Shown: positions 11,846-24,049 of the stretch, one piece after another | Numbering within the stretch: position 1 is the first letter of the stretch | Layout: the number at the start of each line of letters is the position of its first letter | Source of the DNA: Octopus bimaculoides | Taxonomy: Eukaryota | Assembly: GCF_001194135.2 (NCBI RefSeq) | Contig: NC_068987.1 | Location: forward strand, 98,967,657 to 99,018,024 | DNA: 50,368 nt | Direction of reading: 5' to 3' | The notes under the pieces: model-generated | The model's input: the letters and a program-made list of their open reading frames with translations, nothing else | What the model was told of the DNA's origin: nothing | Database searches by the model: none | Position numbers and translations under genes: made by a program

Positions 11846-11894
11846 AATTTGCTGGTCTTGAACCAAAGCTTGAAACCAATATCTAATAAGAAAA

Positions 11895-12110
11895 AAAAAG
11901 CTAGCAGAATCGTTAGCATGCCGGGCAAATTTCCTAACGGTATTTAGCCCGTCCCCATGCTCTGAGTCCAAATGCTGCTGAGGTCGACTTTGCTTTGCGT
12001 CCTTTGGAGTCGATAAAATAAGTACCAGCTGAACACTGGGGTCGATGTTATTGACCTACTCCCCCCCCCACCGAAATTGCTCGCCTTTTGCCAAGATTTC
12101 AAATCAATAT
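11895..12110 (+). mobile_element. tRNA-derived SINE family A
   Basis: gctagcagaatcgttagcatgccgggc...gaggtcgactttgc...gtcgataaaataagtaccag..ctggggtcgat. Confidence 0.85.
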
Positions 12111-12729
12111 TTAACAAGAAACGATTGAAGTATGTGTATAATTAATATTGTATGAATTTCTTTTTGTTTTTAGTAATAAAATATTGATTCTCCAGAAAAA
12201 TTTAATAAAATCAACACAAATTCAAGGCAATTATTTTAAGTATACGTATTCAGATATCTTGCATCGCATTTTGGCTGCGTTCGACAGCTATTACGAACTG
12301 ACAAATACAACAACTATTACGAATTTCCTTTCCCCAACTGAAATGCACAAAGGCAGTTGATGATAGCCCTCATATTATTTTAGTGCATATCTTTAATTTA
12401 TTGAGCGCATTTGTCTCAACCAGGTTCATCATTCCATATATCTTTATACAGTTTGGCTAGATCATGTTTCTAGTCTCTTTGAAACGCTTTGTACACAAAA
12501 ATCACAATCACAAATTTGTGCACATACACATAAATTACAAACAAACACACTAATGCCTCGATATACGAGTTAATTCGTTTCAGGGGAACGCAAGTAAAAC
12601 GGAAGCTCATAAACTGAAAATAAATCTCGTAAACATCGTCTCTGGCTAATCGTTGAAAGGATGTTGGAGTTACCTTGGCTGAGGTTTGCCCTCTCTGAGA
12701 GCTCTTCTTATTATAATAGCTGTTAAAAA

Positions 12730-12799
12730 GCGGTGAGCTGGCAAAATCGTTAGCATGCCGGGCGAAATGCTCAGCGGTATTTCGCCTGTCTTTAAGTTC
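12730..12799 (+). mobile_element. SINE family A, head only
   Basis: gcggtgagctggcaaaatcgttagcatgccgggcgaaatgctcagcggtatttcg. Confidence 0.85.
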
Positions 12800-13021
12800 A
12801 TCAGGCTTACTCCATGTCTGTACTAAAAATGTTACTGTGAACGAATGGCACAACCTACAGACACGAAAATTTATGCGCATGTTCAGAAAGGACGTTGTTA
12901 CCTAATGCCCATGCAGATTTAGCTGAGGCCTTATTATTTTGTGCAAAAAAATCAAGGGCGGATACTTTTTGACTACGCCTCGTATATACATACATACATA
13001 CATACATACATATACAGGAGT

Positions 13022-13118
13022 AAGTGATTTACATTATTTACATTTGGCGGATATTTGTCCTCCTCTTGTTTGTTGTTAACACAATATTTCGGCTGATATA
13101 CCATCCAGCCTTCATCAG
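13022..13118 (-). mobile_element. Inverted copy of the tail of the adjacent SINE-like element, beginning exactly at a hammerhead core
   Basis: Reverse complement aligns with 13308-13390. Confidence 0.9.
13078..13118 (-). ncRNA. Type-I hammerhead ribozyme core (5-prime strand of stem I lost)
   Basis: CUGAUGA-A-GGCUG-gaugguauau-CAGCC-GAAA-UAU-U-GUGUU. The partner strand AACAC is present before CTGATGA in the plus copy (13303-13314). Confidence 0.7.
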
Positions 13119-13417
13119 CTATATGGCGTAGTGGTTAAGAGCGTGGGCTACTAACCTCAAGATTCAGAGTTCGATTCCAGGCAGTGACCTGATTAGTAAT
13201 AATAATAATAATAGTAATAATAATAATAATAATAATAATGATAATAACAACAACATCGAAAAATTCCTGAGGAATGAGAACCCAGGTTCGAAATTTCCCC
13301 AAAACACCTGATGAAGGGTGGAGGGTATATCGTTGTGATGACAACAAACACGATGAGGACGAATATCCGTCAAATGTAAATAATATACATAATTCCTTAT
13401 CTCTTAAATATAGAACT
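13119..13417 (+). mobile_element. tRNA-headed SINE-like element with internal (AAT)n and a hammerhead-bearing tail
   Basis: A box TGGCGTAGTGG, B box GAGTTCGATTCC, (AAT)n at about 13196-13250, tail AACAC-CTGATGA-AGG... with the AGCCGAAA segment deleted in this copy. Confidence 0.85.
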
Positions 13418-13638
13418 ATATTATAAGGAGTTAGGCTTCTCAATATGATTAAGATGTCAGTTTTTTTTTTTCAACTGCATGATTTATTGTTTCATACAAT
13501 TGCACAAATTTCTTCAATTACAGCTACAGTATTACTGATAGTTTGTGAATTAAATTTGAGAGGACAGATGCACACGTTCGTCGTGTAGTTATGTTGGCGT
13601 ATATTAGTGTGGACACTCTGTAAGTAAAAGTGAAAGAT

Positions 13639-13884
13639 CAGTGGTTCTCAACCAATCTTTACCCCTGGAAGCCCTTTCATTCCTATTTTATTCTCAATGA
13701 ACTCTATTGCTATTCGATGCTTAAAGAATCGTATTAAATTTTTGTAATTAAACATAATTAGGAATTGTAACAAAATAATTTTCGAAGTATTGTAGAAGTA
13801 TAACAAATCTATTGCATCTAATCTTTAAACAAAATTTTTATATGGACTCTCAGGGGCCATGTGGACCCCAGATCAGAACCACGG
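13639..13884. mobile_element. hAT (Charlie-like) MITE
   Basis: Left end CAGTGGTTCTCAACC, decayed right end AGATCAGAACCACGG followed by ATCTAGAG (NTCTAGAN-type target). Left target duplication not conserved. Confidence 0.6.
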
Positions 13885-14449
13885 ATCTAGAGAGTTCATC
13901 AGCCTCCAACTGATAGACGTCTTCGATGTGATGACCATGTTCTCTAACTAATTCGCTACTTCATCAATCGTAGGAGCTACATGTTTATACGAATTTTCAT
14001 TTTTTAATGCACACTGTATATAGATAGAATTTTAGCTCACCTATTCGCCTCAGTACTTGACTGGTACTTTATTTTATTGATCGTATCTTGATGAAAGTAG
14101 AAATTCAAATAAGAATGAGTTAAACCATTAGTGTAAAGAGTTGGAACGAAAAATTACAGACTTTCTGCCTGGCGTTCTATCGATTCTGTCAAGTCGCCAC
14201 CATAAACGATATAACAGTGCAAACATAAACACAATGTTATTTTGAAAGTTGGTAATTATTCACAGATGTTTGAATGATGAGATCTATGTCTGTACAGCAA
14301 CGTGCCAGTGTCAGACAAATCATTTGGGGATTGTCAAAGGTTGAGATTTAATAGCACATTCGTTGTGTGTGGTACAAGAGCAAATAGTTTTGAATTTGTC
14401 AATTGGGAGTGATGTAAATATGCTAGTACATGATAGTTAGCTTGCTTAC

Positions 14450-14491
14450 AGTTGACGATGAGTTGACCAGCTGTGTGGAGCAGGTAGTGCA
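14450..14491 (-). CDS. Candidate 42-nt exon, open in all three frames
   Basis: Acceptor atttaattcctcatttcAG and donor act|GTAAGC. Frames CTTCSTQLVNSSST / ALPAPHSWSTHRQ / HYLLHTAGQLIVN. Confidence 0.4.
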
Positions 14492-15272
14492 CTGAAATGA
14501 GGAATTAAATATATATTTAGGTATACAAAGCAAGATATAAAGATAGCAGAGTGTTATAGTTCGCTTAAAGCATTGAAATACAGAAGCAGGATAAAGAAAA
14601 AAAAGGTAACGAGATTGTAACAAGGCAAAGAGGAAATTTGAAAAACTTTCATATTTTTCAGGCACAAATGCCCATCTACACGAGGATATGGTTTAAAATG
14701 GTGATCGACGTGAAATCGCATTTATTCCTCGTTTTCTTCTGAGAATAGGTCTCTGTACCTGAGATATATAACATTTGCCAACTTTACTCTCTTTATTGTT
14801 AGAGCCTCTCTACTTTTACTCTTTCGATTATTATACTACTTACAATGACAAGTGAATGGGCAGAGATACGTCAATCCTCGGTGTTAAGGTTGTTATTAAT
14901 GCACTTATTACTCATGTTATTACAAGTCACATAAATATCGAGTAATTTTGTATATTTAGATATGCATTGGCCCAGATCGCCTTTCATATATAAAGTCATA
15001 GGAATTGAGAGAATGTCCATGCTATTTCTTGCTTTTTAAATAATCGCATAGCAACACGCTTCTTCGAATATAGCTTTTGCTTGTATGCCGATAATATTGT
15101 GCTAGTCGTGTTTCTCTAATGTAAAAAAGATCTAATTTTATCAATCAAAAGGCTGAAAATTATAAATATTCTCCTTAAGAACAAATTTATATATGTATAC
15201 ACCCACGTACAAACACAAGATCACAGACATATGCATAGGTGTACATATAAGCGCGCTCTCACACACACACAC

Positions 15273-15307
<35 letters not shown>

Positions 15308-15990
15308 NNNNNNNNNNNNNNNNNNNNNNNNNNNNNNNNNNNNNNNNNNNNNNNNNNNNNNNNNNNNNNNNNNNNNNNNNNNNNNNNNNNNNNNNNNNNN
15401 NNNNNNNNNNNNNNNNNNNNNNNNNNNNNNNNNNNNNNNNNNNNNNNNNNNNNNNNNNNNNNNNNNNNNNNNNNNNNNNNNNNNNNNNNNNNNNNNNNNN
15501 NNNNNNNNNNNNNNNNNNNNNNNNNNNNNNNNNNNNNNNNNNNNNNNNNNNNNNNNNNNNNNNNNNNNNNNNNNNNNNNNNNNNNNNNNNNNNNNNNNNN
15601 NNNNNNNNNNNNNNNNNNNNNNNNNNNNNNNNNNNNNNNNNNNNNNNNNNNNNNNNNNNNNNNNNNNNNNNNNNNNNNNNNNNNNNNNNNNNNNNNNNNN
15701 NNNNNNNNNNNNNNNNNNNNNNNNNNNNNNNNNNNNNNNNNNNNNNNNNNNNNNNNNNNNNNNNNNNNNNNNNNNNNNNNNNNNNNNNNNNNNNNNNNNN
15801 NNNNNNNNNNNNNNNNNNNNNNNNNNNNNNNNNNNNNNNNNNNNNNNNNNNNNNNNNNNNNNNNNNNNNNNNNNNNNNNNNNNNNNNNNNNNNNNNNNNN
15901 NNNNNNNNNNNNNNNNNNNNNNNNNNNNNNNNNNNNNNNNNNNNNNNNNNNNNNNNNNNNNNNNNNNNNNNNNNNNNNNNNNNNNNNNNN

Positions 15991-16029
<39 letters not shown>

Positions 16030-17189
16030 GCATACTGGTATGCATACATACAGACACACATATACACACAAATATAAATTTCTGGTTAGTTAAAATATGC
16101 TTGAGCCATATTTCAACTTCTAAAGGAAAATCACTGCAGTTATTGTGAAGACAATTTCACGTTTATAGTATATTAAATTAAAAGCCGCACTCCGTGGTAT
16201 TTGAGCCTGCGGCCCAAAACTTAGGGCAACTAATTAGCATGACTATAATACATATTTTATTAACCCGCAAGTGTGAGAATGGGATCAAGCTTCTTACCAC
16301 AGAGACACACCCGTGGCATATTTCAATTTCTATAGGCAAATTCACTGCTTCAGAATCTGCTCCAGATATCTCTCTTTGCTATATCCTACTGACAAAAATT
16401 GAAGAGCCAGCAGCACGTCTTTAATATCTCCAATTTTCTCTGAAAAAATTAACCTTCTTTCGTTCTCTTTCCGTTCTCCCTGAATATTCGAGGATGTAAA
16501 CACCCTACTTGTTGGAAGAACGCTTTTTACAGTTTTCTCTGGCCGGTCATACAAACGATCATGTGTAGAAAATTTAAAACCTTAATATCTACAACATTCT
16601 GTGAAAATGTTAACATTCGTTTCTCCCTGACTACTCAAATATGTAAACACATTTTATTACAATAACAGATTGAAAGCACGATAAAAATTAACAAGATAAG
16701 CACCTGCCAGTATATACAAATTTCACAATTACAAAATTTAAAGCACAGAAAAAAAAAAACTATAAGAAGAAAAGGAAAATTCAAAAATTCCTCCCAAAAT
16801 TCAAAGATTCAAAAATTGAATCATATTATGATTATAATTATATTTTCTGTCAGTAATTAAAAGCAGAACAAGGTTGATTGGTTCTTCCCAAGGTCAAGAT
16901 CAGCGCTCTCATTGATCGCTAGTAGTAGTAAACTCATTTGGCCTTTGCAGACTGCAAAGGTGGGACGCTTCTTTTGTCTCCTGATCGCACAGGAAGGCGA
17001 AGTCACTTTTTTTGATCCCCTTCTCACCATCAGCCGAAACCATATACAGAACAGTGGAATTTTGTCTATTCACAAAACTTTCACTTTCTACTACTATTTC
17101 CACCAACCCTCACATATTTATGATAATTTCAAGTGCAAGATAAAAGTCGAAACAAAACAGCGTTTAATCATACCACACAGTAGTTGGAG

Positions 17190-17580
17190 CAAATGTGGCA
17201 TCTCATGACGGTGACAATTCCAGTGATTGCAGGAGCATTTGGAATGATAAAAAAACAACTCAAAATGATCCCTGGATTCCCATCTATACAAGAATTGCAA
17301 AACATTGTCTTAACTGGTATGTTACAAGCATTGAGTAGAGCATTGTCGCTGTGAATTTCCTTTCCTTTCTTTTGCCCTTTATTTTTTGTTTACTTTTATA
17401 TATTTTAGTTTTTCCTTTCTTTCTCTCACTTTCTTCTCTGTTTTCTCTATCACATGGCATTGTAAACGAACAATCTGGTGTGTTTATTTTAATGGCCTAC
17501 AAATATATACAATGCTTTTCTCTGACCTAAGTGTCAGGAAGACACTCAGTAAGAAAATGAAACACAATTGAAAGAAAATA
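17190..17580 (+). mobile_element. R4/Dong-like LINE 3-prime end (ORF terminus plus 3-prime UTR) ending in (AAT)n
   Basis: MWHLMTVTIPVIAGAFGMIKKQLKMIPGFPSIQELQNIVLTGMLQALSRALSL* (17193-17354). UTR hairpin ctgac-ctaagt-gtcag at 17522-17537. Confidence 0.85.
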
Positions 17581-17586
17581 ATAATG

Positions 17587-17661
<75 letters not shown>
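17577..17661. repeat. (AAT)n microsatellite
   Basis: Direct reading. Confidence 0.95.
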
Positions 17662-17662
<1 letters not shown>

Positions 17663-17935
17663 GAGCACTCAGGGAGCGCAAACCTCCGCCAAGTCAACAC
17701 TAACGTCCTTTCAACGATTAGGCAGAGATGATCTTTAAAATGAGAATATCTGAAATATACTCGACTGCTCTCACAAACTAGAATACTAAAAATGAACCAG
17801 ATCGCTCTCTAGACTAAAGCAATAAAAAAGCAAAAAAAAACAACAACAAAAAAACGGGAAAATAATCCAGAATCCTTTTCCGGCACCTGGTTGATCCCAA
17901 TAGTAGTCATGGAATGTCAAAGGCGGAGGTAATAA
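17661..17935 (-). mobile_element. Helentron-type non-autonomous element (HINE/DINE-like)
   Basis: Asymmetric subterminal inverted repeats ACCTCCGCC (17682-17690) and GGCGGAGGT (17922-17930), terminal hairpin gcactc-agg-gagcgc (17665-17679), T-rich flanks on the minus strand. Confidence 0.7.
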
Positions 17936-17959
17936 TAATAAATTCTAGTCAGATTTTTT

Positions 17960-20230
17960 TAAATAGATAACATGAGACCATTACAATAGAAAAAAGCACA
18001 ATTCTATGAACTACTTAGATGCCAACTGCAATCTAACCACGGGACAACACGAACCGTACATAAAACCGAATACGAACTTTAGATATATAAATGCACTTAG
18101 CAACCACCCTAAGTTTATAAAAAGAGGACTTGTACAAGGCATCAGGAAAGGTATTTCATAACTCTCGTCCAGCGAAGATATTTTTTATAAGTATAAGGAA
18201 TTCTACAACAACGCATTAGAAAAAGGATATTATAAGCAAAAAGTAACTACCTTTTCTCAGAACCCTAAAAAATCAAGCAGAATAACATACATTTTCAAAA
18301 TTATAGTAATAGGAATTATACGCAAAATGACTATAATAGTCACAAAAAAAATGAACAACAATAATAAGAATAATAGTAGTAATAACAATAATAGAAGGAA
18401 GAATGATAAGATTCAGAATAATATTAATAACAACATTGAAAATGATAACGATAGAAATACAAATAATGTGAATAATAACAATACTACTACTACTAATAAT
18501 AATAATGAAAATGTAAATATAATTAAAAATAACACACCTCAAAGGACCAATAGAGCCCCTGTAAGAGACTATACTAGAAAGGTAAATAAAATAAATATAT
18601 TGTACAGGAACAAACCCCAATAAATCTGATAGTAATAGTAATAAAAATAAAAATCGAAAGAATATTAATAATTACAACAATAACTTTACGATCTACAATA
18701 ATGCTGACAGCAGTTCTTACACCAATTACAATAATAGTAAAAATAACAAACGGAATAATGATAACATCTGGTTAATAATCCCCTTCGCTATAAAACTTAA
18801 AACTAAAATAGTTTAATATATAATGAGACTTATAAATAAGCACTTCAATATGAATACCAAATACTCAGAAATCTTTAGCAATAAAATTACAATATAATTA
18901 TTGCCTCTATCAACAATAAAAAGCTAGACACCTTCTATAAAACTAGGCAGAAATAGCAATATAGAACACAACAACCAATCGATTGATATAATAAATGCCC
19001 CCCCCCCCCAAATAACACGCACTCAAATAATGCAGACAACTACCTTATAAAAAGTACCCCCACTCAACATATCGTAGGCACTGACAAGCGTAAAAATCTA
19101 TATGGCTGCAGAGATAAAAATACTTGTGAATTCTTAAATATTCTTAAATTCTTAAATGTAAAACTAAAAGCGTAATCTACCAATGTGATGTACTCTCAAA
19201 TAATTACAAGAACATTTGTATTGGAGCAACTAAAAATGAAATGAAACTTAGATATACTTTCTATCGCTCAAGTTTCAGAAATAGAAGTAAAGTGAACTTT
19301 ACCGGACTAAATAGTTACATCTGGGAGCTGAAAGACAATAACATCAAGTATAGATTAGAATGGCGTATCCTAGCCAAAGCCTCTTCATATAACCTAAATA
19401 ATAATCGGTGTAGTTTATGAATACATGAGAAATTCTTCATTTTAATGGCGAAATCAGAATTACTTAGTAAACGAGACGAGAAAAATAAAACATGTTTGCA
19501 TAAAGATAAATTATTATTCTCAAAATATTACTAATCCCTACATTACAGGTTATTAGCGGACCTGTCTAAGATCGTATTACCCCCTAACCCTCTCACTTAC
19601 CACAGAATATAATTTTACTTCACTTCCCAATTTTAAATTAAATGCCTCGATTAACCGAACTATCTATTAAAAAATCTACGTTGTACACCAGGGCATATAA
19701 TCCTACATAATATATTCACTTTAAAGCTAGATTACCGACTCACATTACACGTTATAATTTCTATTGATTTTATTGATTCGCATTTATGTACTCTTCAACT
19801 CTTTTTATCATTCCTTTAAATAGCCCATACGTATGTCTTACACACTTAGCATCATTCGTTTCTAGCAAGGGCATCCTTTATAATCATAGGGACTAACCTA
19901 GAAGTCACAAACAAACAGCATTACATATTACAAATAACAACACCGGATATCTCCACCGGGTATAAATCATTCGGCTAACACCACCGGTCAAATAATCATT
20001 GTACCCACTTACTGCCCTATGCATCTAATGGAGGAAACTATAAACACGTGGAATCCAGCAAGACACTAAATGTAAAGACCTAACAAAATCTTTTCCTTTT
20101 TTCTTTTTTTTTCTTTTCTTCCATCATTCTGAAGATGTTTGTTAAATGTAACAAGGTAAATATAAATTTACTCCGATTTGATAAACCGAAACAGCTGTAA
20201 TCGGTTCCGAACTACAATTAAATAATGACT
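17960..20230 (+). mobile_element. 5-prime-truncated Penelope-like element: RT thumb, Asn-rich linker, C-terminal GIY-YIG endonuclease, 3-prime UTR
   Basis: MNYLDANCNLTTGQHEPYIKPNTNFRYINALSNHP...LSSSEDIFYKYKEFYNNALEKG; IWLIIPFAIKLKTKI; VIYQCDVLSNNYKNICIGATKNEMKLRY...YIWELKDNNIKYRLEWRILAKA...LLSKRDE..KTCLHKDK. Stops and frameshifts present. Confidence 0.9.
20121..20205 (+). ncRNA. Decayed type-I hammerhead with branched stem II in the PLE 3-prime UTR
   Basis: CTGAAGA at 20129-20135, GAAA at 20188-20191, palindrome ACAGCTGT then A (GUA site), sub-hairpins ttgtta/taacaa and gtaaat/atttac. Stem I and the 10.1-11.1 pair are broken. Confidence 0.55.
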
Positions 20231-20400
20231 ATTTAATACCAATGATCAACACTTCATTGTTAATTATTGCTCCACTTATTTCTTTTCTTTATATATTAAA
20301 CCACGTTTTTACCTTTAGATTACCTACTACTATATACCTGAAAGCTAGGACTATACATAGTAAGGTAATACATCAGGACAGTGCTTACGGATTGCCTAAT

Positions 20401-20546
20401 ATATATACGACGGATTTCTTTCAGTTTCTGTCTATCAAATCCTTTCATATGGCTTTGGTCAGACCAAAACTATAATAGAAGAAACTTGCCCAAATTTCCA
20501 CATAATCAGACTGAACCCGGAACCTTGTAGTTCTTATTACACAGCG
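20401..20546 (-). mobile_element. SINE family B, head portion
   Basis: atatatacgacggatttctttcagtttctgtctatcaaatcc...gactgaacccggaacc. Confidence 0.8.
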
Positions 20547-23500
20547 TGCACAATACAATGAAATTTTTTTCACCCATTAGCTCGTCTAAGTGTGCTTTTG
20601 ATCTCACATTCACCAAAGTATTTATCAAATTTACATTAAAACGCCAGAAGGTACTTTTGAAGGATTAAAAAAGTGAAAAAAGATGTAATCCCTGCCCGTG
20701 AATAAAAATAAGGGAAGAAATCACTGTGGAAATAATTAATACAATTTTTTGTTATTGAGTTAGCATAATTTTCCCGTCATCATCTTTGGGTTCATAGATA
20801 GACGAATTTGTGTTACCTCAAGGTCATCTAATCGGATATTATGGGGCAATATTAATCGGTTTAAAGTTTGATTATGCTATTTAAGAATATATTACTTATG
20901 TAGTTAGATATTTGTTTCCTGATTCATTAATACCTGTTTCTTTCTGACAGTAGTATGTAAATACAGAACAGAAAAAGCAGTTTAAGAAGAACACATCAAA
21001 ATCAAAATGATTGGGAACACAAAGACCAAAAACATCCACCACTTATTACCAACTATACAGAAACCAAAAATAACCAAGAATAAAAACAGTGTGCCTTTTA
21101 TAGAGCCATGTCTTCTCCATGAGTGAAATAAAACAGACCATTTTTTGTAAACTGGACTATATGCCTAATGCTTGTAGATTCAGTCTATTCCACCAGTTGT
21201 TTGATGGTATTATGATGTCTATATTATATAGAATAACGTTTCTCAAATAGATTCAAATTGATTGATACTATGATAATTTTGAACCCAAAATAAGCTACTA
21301 GAATTGTTTCTAATGTAGTGTCTAAAGAAATATTTTATAATTCTGTTGTGAAACCTCAAATGCATATTATGGAGCCCAAGTGAATTTGAAACAGTGCATC
21401 TGTGTTGGACCGTCCGAAGTTCGTATAACGTATAATACTGGCAATGCATTTTGAATAAGCATCGACATTTGGATTTTATCGTATCGTAAGATAGGATAAG
21501 ATTCCAATTAGCACGACTACTAATGCATTATCAAAGAGTAAAAAATAAGGAATTAAAAAGAGGGAAAAGAAAGGACAGGTATCTAAATGAAGTTATTAAA
21601 AGGAAGAATGAACATTTTTCTTTAAGGAATACACATATTTGGGAGAACGATTATTGTATACAGGAGAAGATACAAACCTGAATTTGTAGGGTTATTCAGT
21701 TCAATATTGTGGAGATTTATCCATGCGAAAGCTAAACCTCTTACGATACGCCAACAATGTTAAGACGACTTCAGTTATAAATGAAACGAATATAACGACC
21801 AGGGCACGGAAATAATTATTTAAGAAGAATTTCTGCTGATTTACGAAGAACGGAAGCATGTTCAGCAATGTAGCTTTGGTAGCTCTGTTGGGGGATGAAA
21901 ATGTCAGTTCTCGCTTTCCTTCGATAATAGACTTGCCGAATGACACAAAAAGAATAAATACACACTGAATATACTAAGATGTATAACCACTGGGATTTTA
22001 TAGACATTTGCGCATTCAAATTACAAAACAGACTTCAAAATAATTAGTATCGATATATCTTTGAATTACCTTACAAGTAAATGTTACCAAACAGCAAATT
22101 GATATACAGTCTATATAAATAAAAGGTCACCCCCACACCTTCACGTTATTTGAAAATTAGTGTGAAGTAGAGACATATTTTCTATGGCCATACTAGAATT
22201 GTGCATCGAGGAAGTCTCAATTCTACGACAACTACATTTACACTGAAAGCTACATAGCTAGATTCGTCAAAGAATTGAGAAAGAAAATAATGTAACTGCA
22301 TCCATCAGCGAGTCTTTAAATCAACAGAAGCGCAGCTATCATAAATACTTTCTTCTCTGCAGAACATGCATATAATAAAATATTTAAGAAGAATTGTGCA
22401 AAAATAAGCTTTACATGTTTAAGCAGCATGTGCTAGCAGATATTCATTAGCAACATAAAGGTTGTATAAACGTGTTTGAATCTAAGCAAAAATGTGACTC
22501 TCGGTCGTTGGCTAACTGTCTCGTCAATCCCTGAGTGCTTCCCGTAGGACCTAGCATATAAATCTGATATTACAGTTGGAAAGAAAATCAGTTAAAACTT
22601 GTATTCACTTAGGGGTCGCTGTACATAGCACCTGAATTGGTTCAAACATAGAAATAAACGAAAGCTTCTACATAAGCAATATACACTAGGCATGTGCCAC
22701 ATCGTGGAACTAAAAACCATTCCAAGTTGTATATAGTGGCTATATCANNNNNNNNNNNNNNNNNNNNNNNNNNNNNNNNNNNNNNNNNNNNNNNNNNNNN
22801 NNNNNNNNNNNNNNNNNNNNNNNNNNNNNNNNNNNNNNNNNNNNNNNNNNNNNNNNNNNNNNNNNNNNNNNNNNNNNNNNNNNNNNNNNNNNNNNNNNNN
22901 NNNNNNNNNNNNNNNNNNNNNNNNNNNNNNNNNNNNNNNNNNNNNNNNNNNNNNNNNNNNNNNNNNNNNNNNNNNNNNNNNNNNNNNNNNNNNNNNNNNN
23001 NNNNNNNNNNNNNNNNNNNNNNNNNNNNNNNNNNNNNNNNNNNNNNNNNNNNNNNNNNNNNNNNNNNNNNNNNNNNNNNNNNNNNNNNNNNNNNNNNNNN
23101 NNNNNNNNNNNNNNNNNNNNNNNNNNNNNNNNNNNNNNNNNNNNNNNNNNNNNNNNNNNNNNNNNNNNNNNNNNNNNNNNNNNNNNNNNNNNNNNNNNNN
23201 NNNNNNNNNNNNNNNNNNNNNNNNNNNNNNNNNNNNNNNNNNNNNNNNNNNNNNNNNNNNNNNNNNNNNNNNNNNNNNNNNNNNNNNNNNNNNNNNNNNN
23301 NNNNNNNNNNNNNNNNNNNNNNNNNNNNNNNNNNNNATATACATATATATATATATATGTATATATTCGTGTGTATGCATTTAATCTATTTTTGTTATTA
23401 TTACTGAAAGGTGAATTATTTCGTTAATATACTGTTGGTGAACGTGGTTCATGTAGATTAGAGGTAGATTCTTTGCTGACTTTCATCTTCATTAGAAGTG

Positions 23501-23819
23501 ATGTTGCTTGATATTGTTGAATTTGGTTTCGATATAAGTCATGGTTACCATGATAATCTTGATAATTATAAAAAATGGCGGAGATAATATACATGTTAAG
23601 AATTGTGATAATTGGTTCTGTTCAGGTTAATTATATGATTGTGACAAGTGTGACGACTATTTCTTGTTGAGAAATTGTTATTCGTCATCAAATTTGACGA
23701 TAAAGACGTCGATTATGATGAGGATGATGGTGCTTATTATCATTACGATCATCATCCTCATTTTCATCATTATTATGATTATTATTATTATTATGATTAT
23801 TATTATTATTACAAACACA

Positions 23820-24033
23820 GCGAGCCGGCAGAATCGATAGCACATTGGACAAGATGCCTAGTGGCATTTCGTCGGTGTTCACGTTGTGAGTCCAAATTAC
23901 ACCGAGGTCGATTTTGCCTTTCATCTTTTCGGAGTCGTTGAAATAAGTACCAATTAACGACTGGAGTTGATGAAATCGACTAGCCCCCTCCCCTAAATTT
24001 CAGGCCTTGTGCTTATAGTAGAAAGGATCATTA
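23820..24033 (+). mobile_element. SINE family A, following an (ATT/ATC)n array at about 23710-23810
   Basis: gagccggcagaatcgatagcac...ccgaggtcgattttgcctttcatc...aaataagtacc. Confidence 0.85.
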
Positions 24034-24049
24034 TCACTATCATTATTGT

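Noticed and set aside
13121-13190. tRNA gene (likewise 5612-5685 and 28430-28504)
   Set aside because: A/B boxes are present but acceptor and anticodon stems are imperfect, and each is fused to a repeat body; these are SINE-type heads.
16345-16438. Minus-strand candidate exon KIGDIKDVLLALQFLSVGYSKERYLEQILK
   Set aside because: Weak donors, and the acceptor lies within an old local duplication; no homology recognised.
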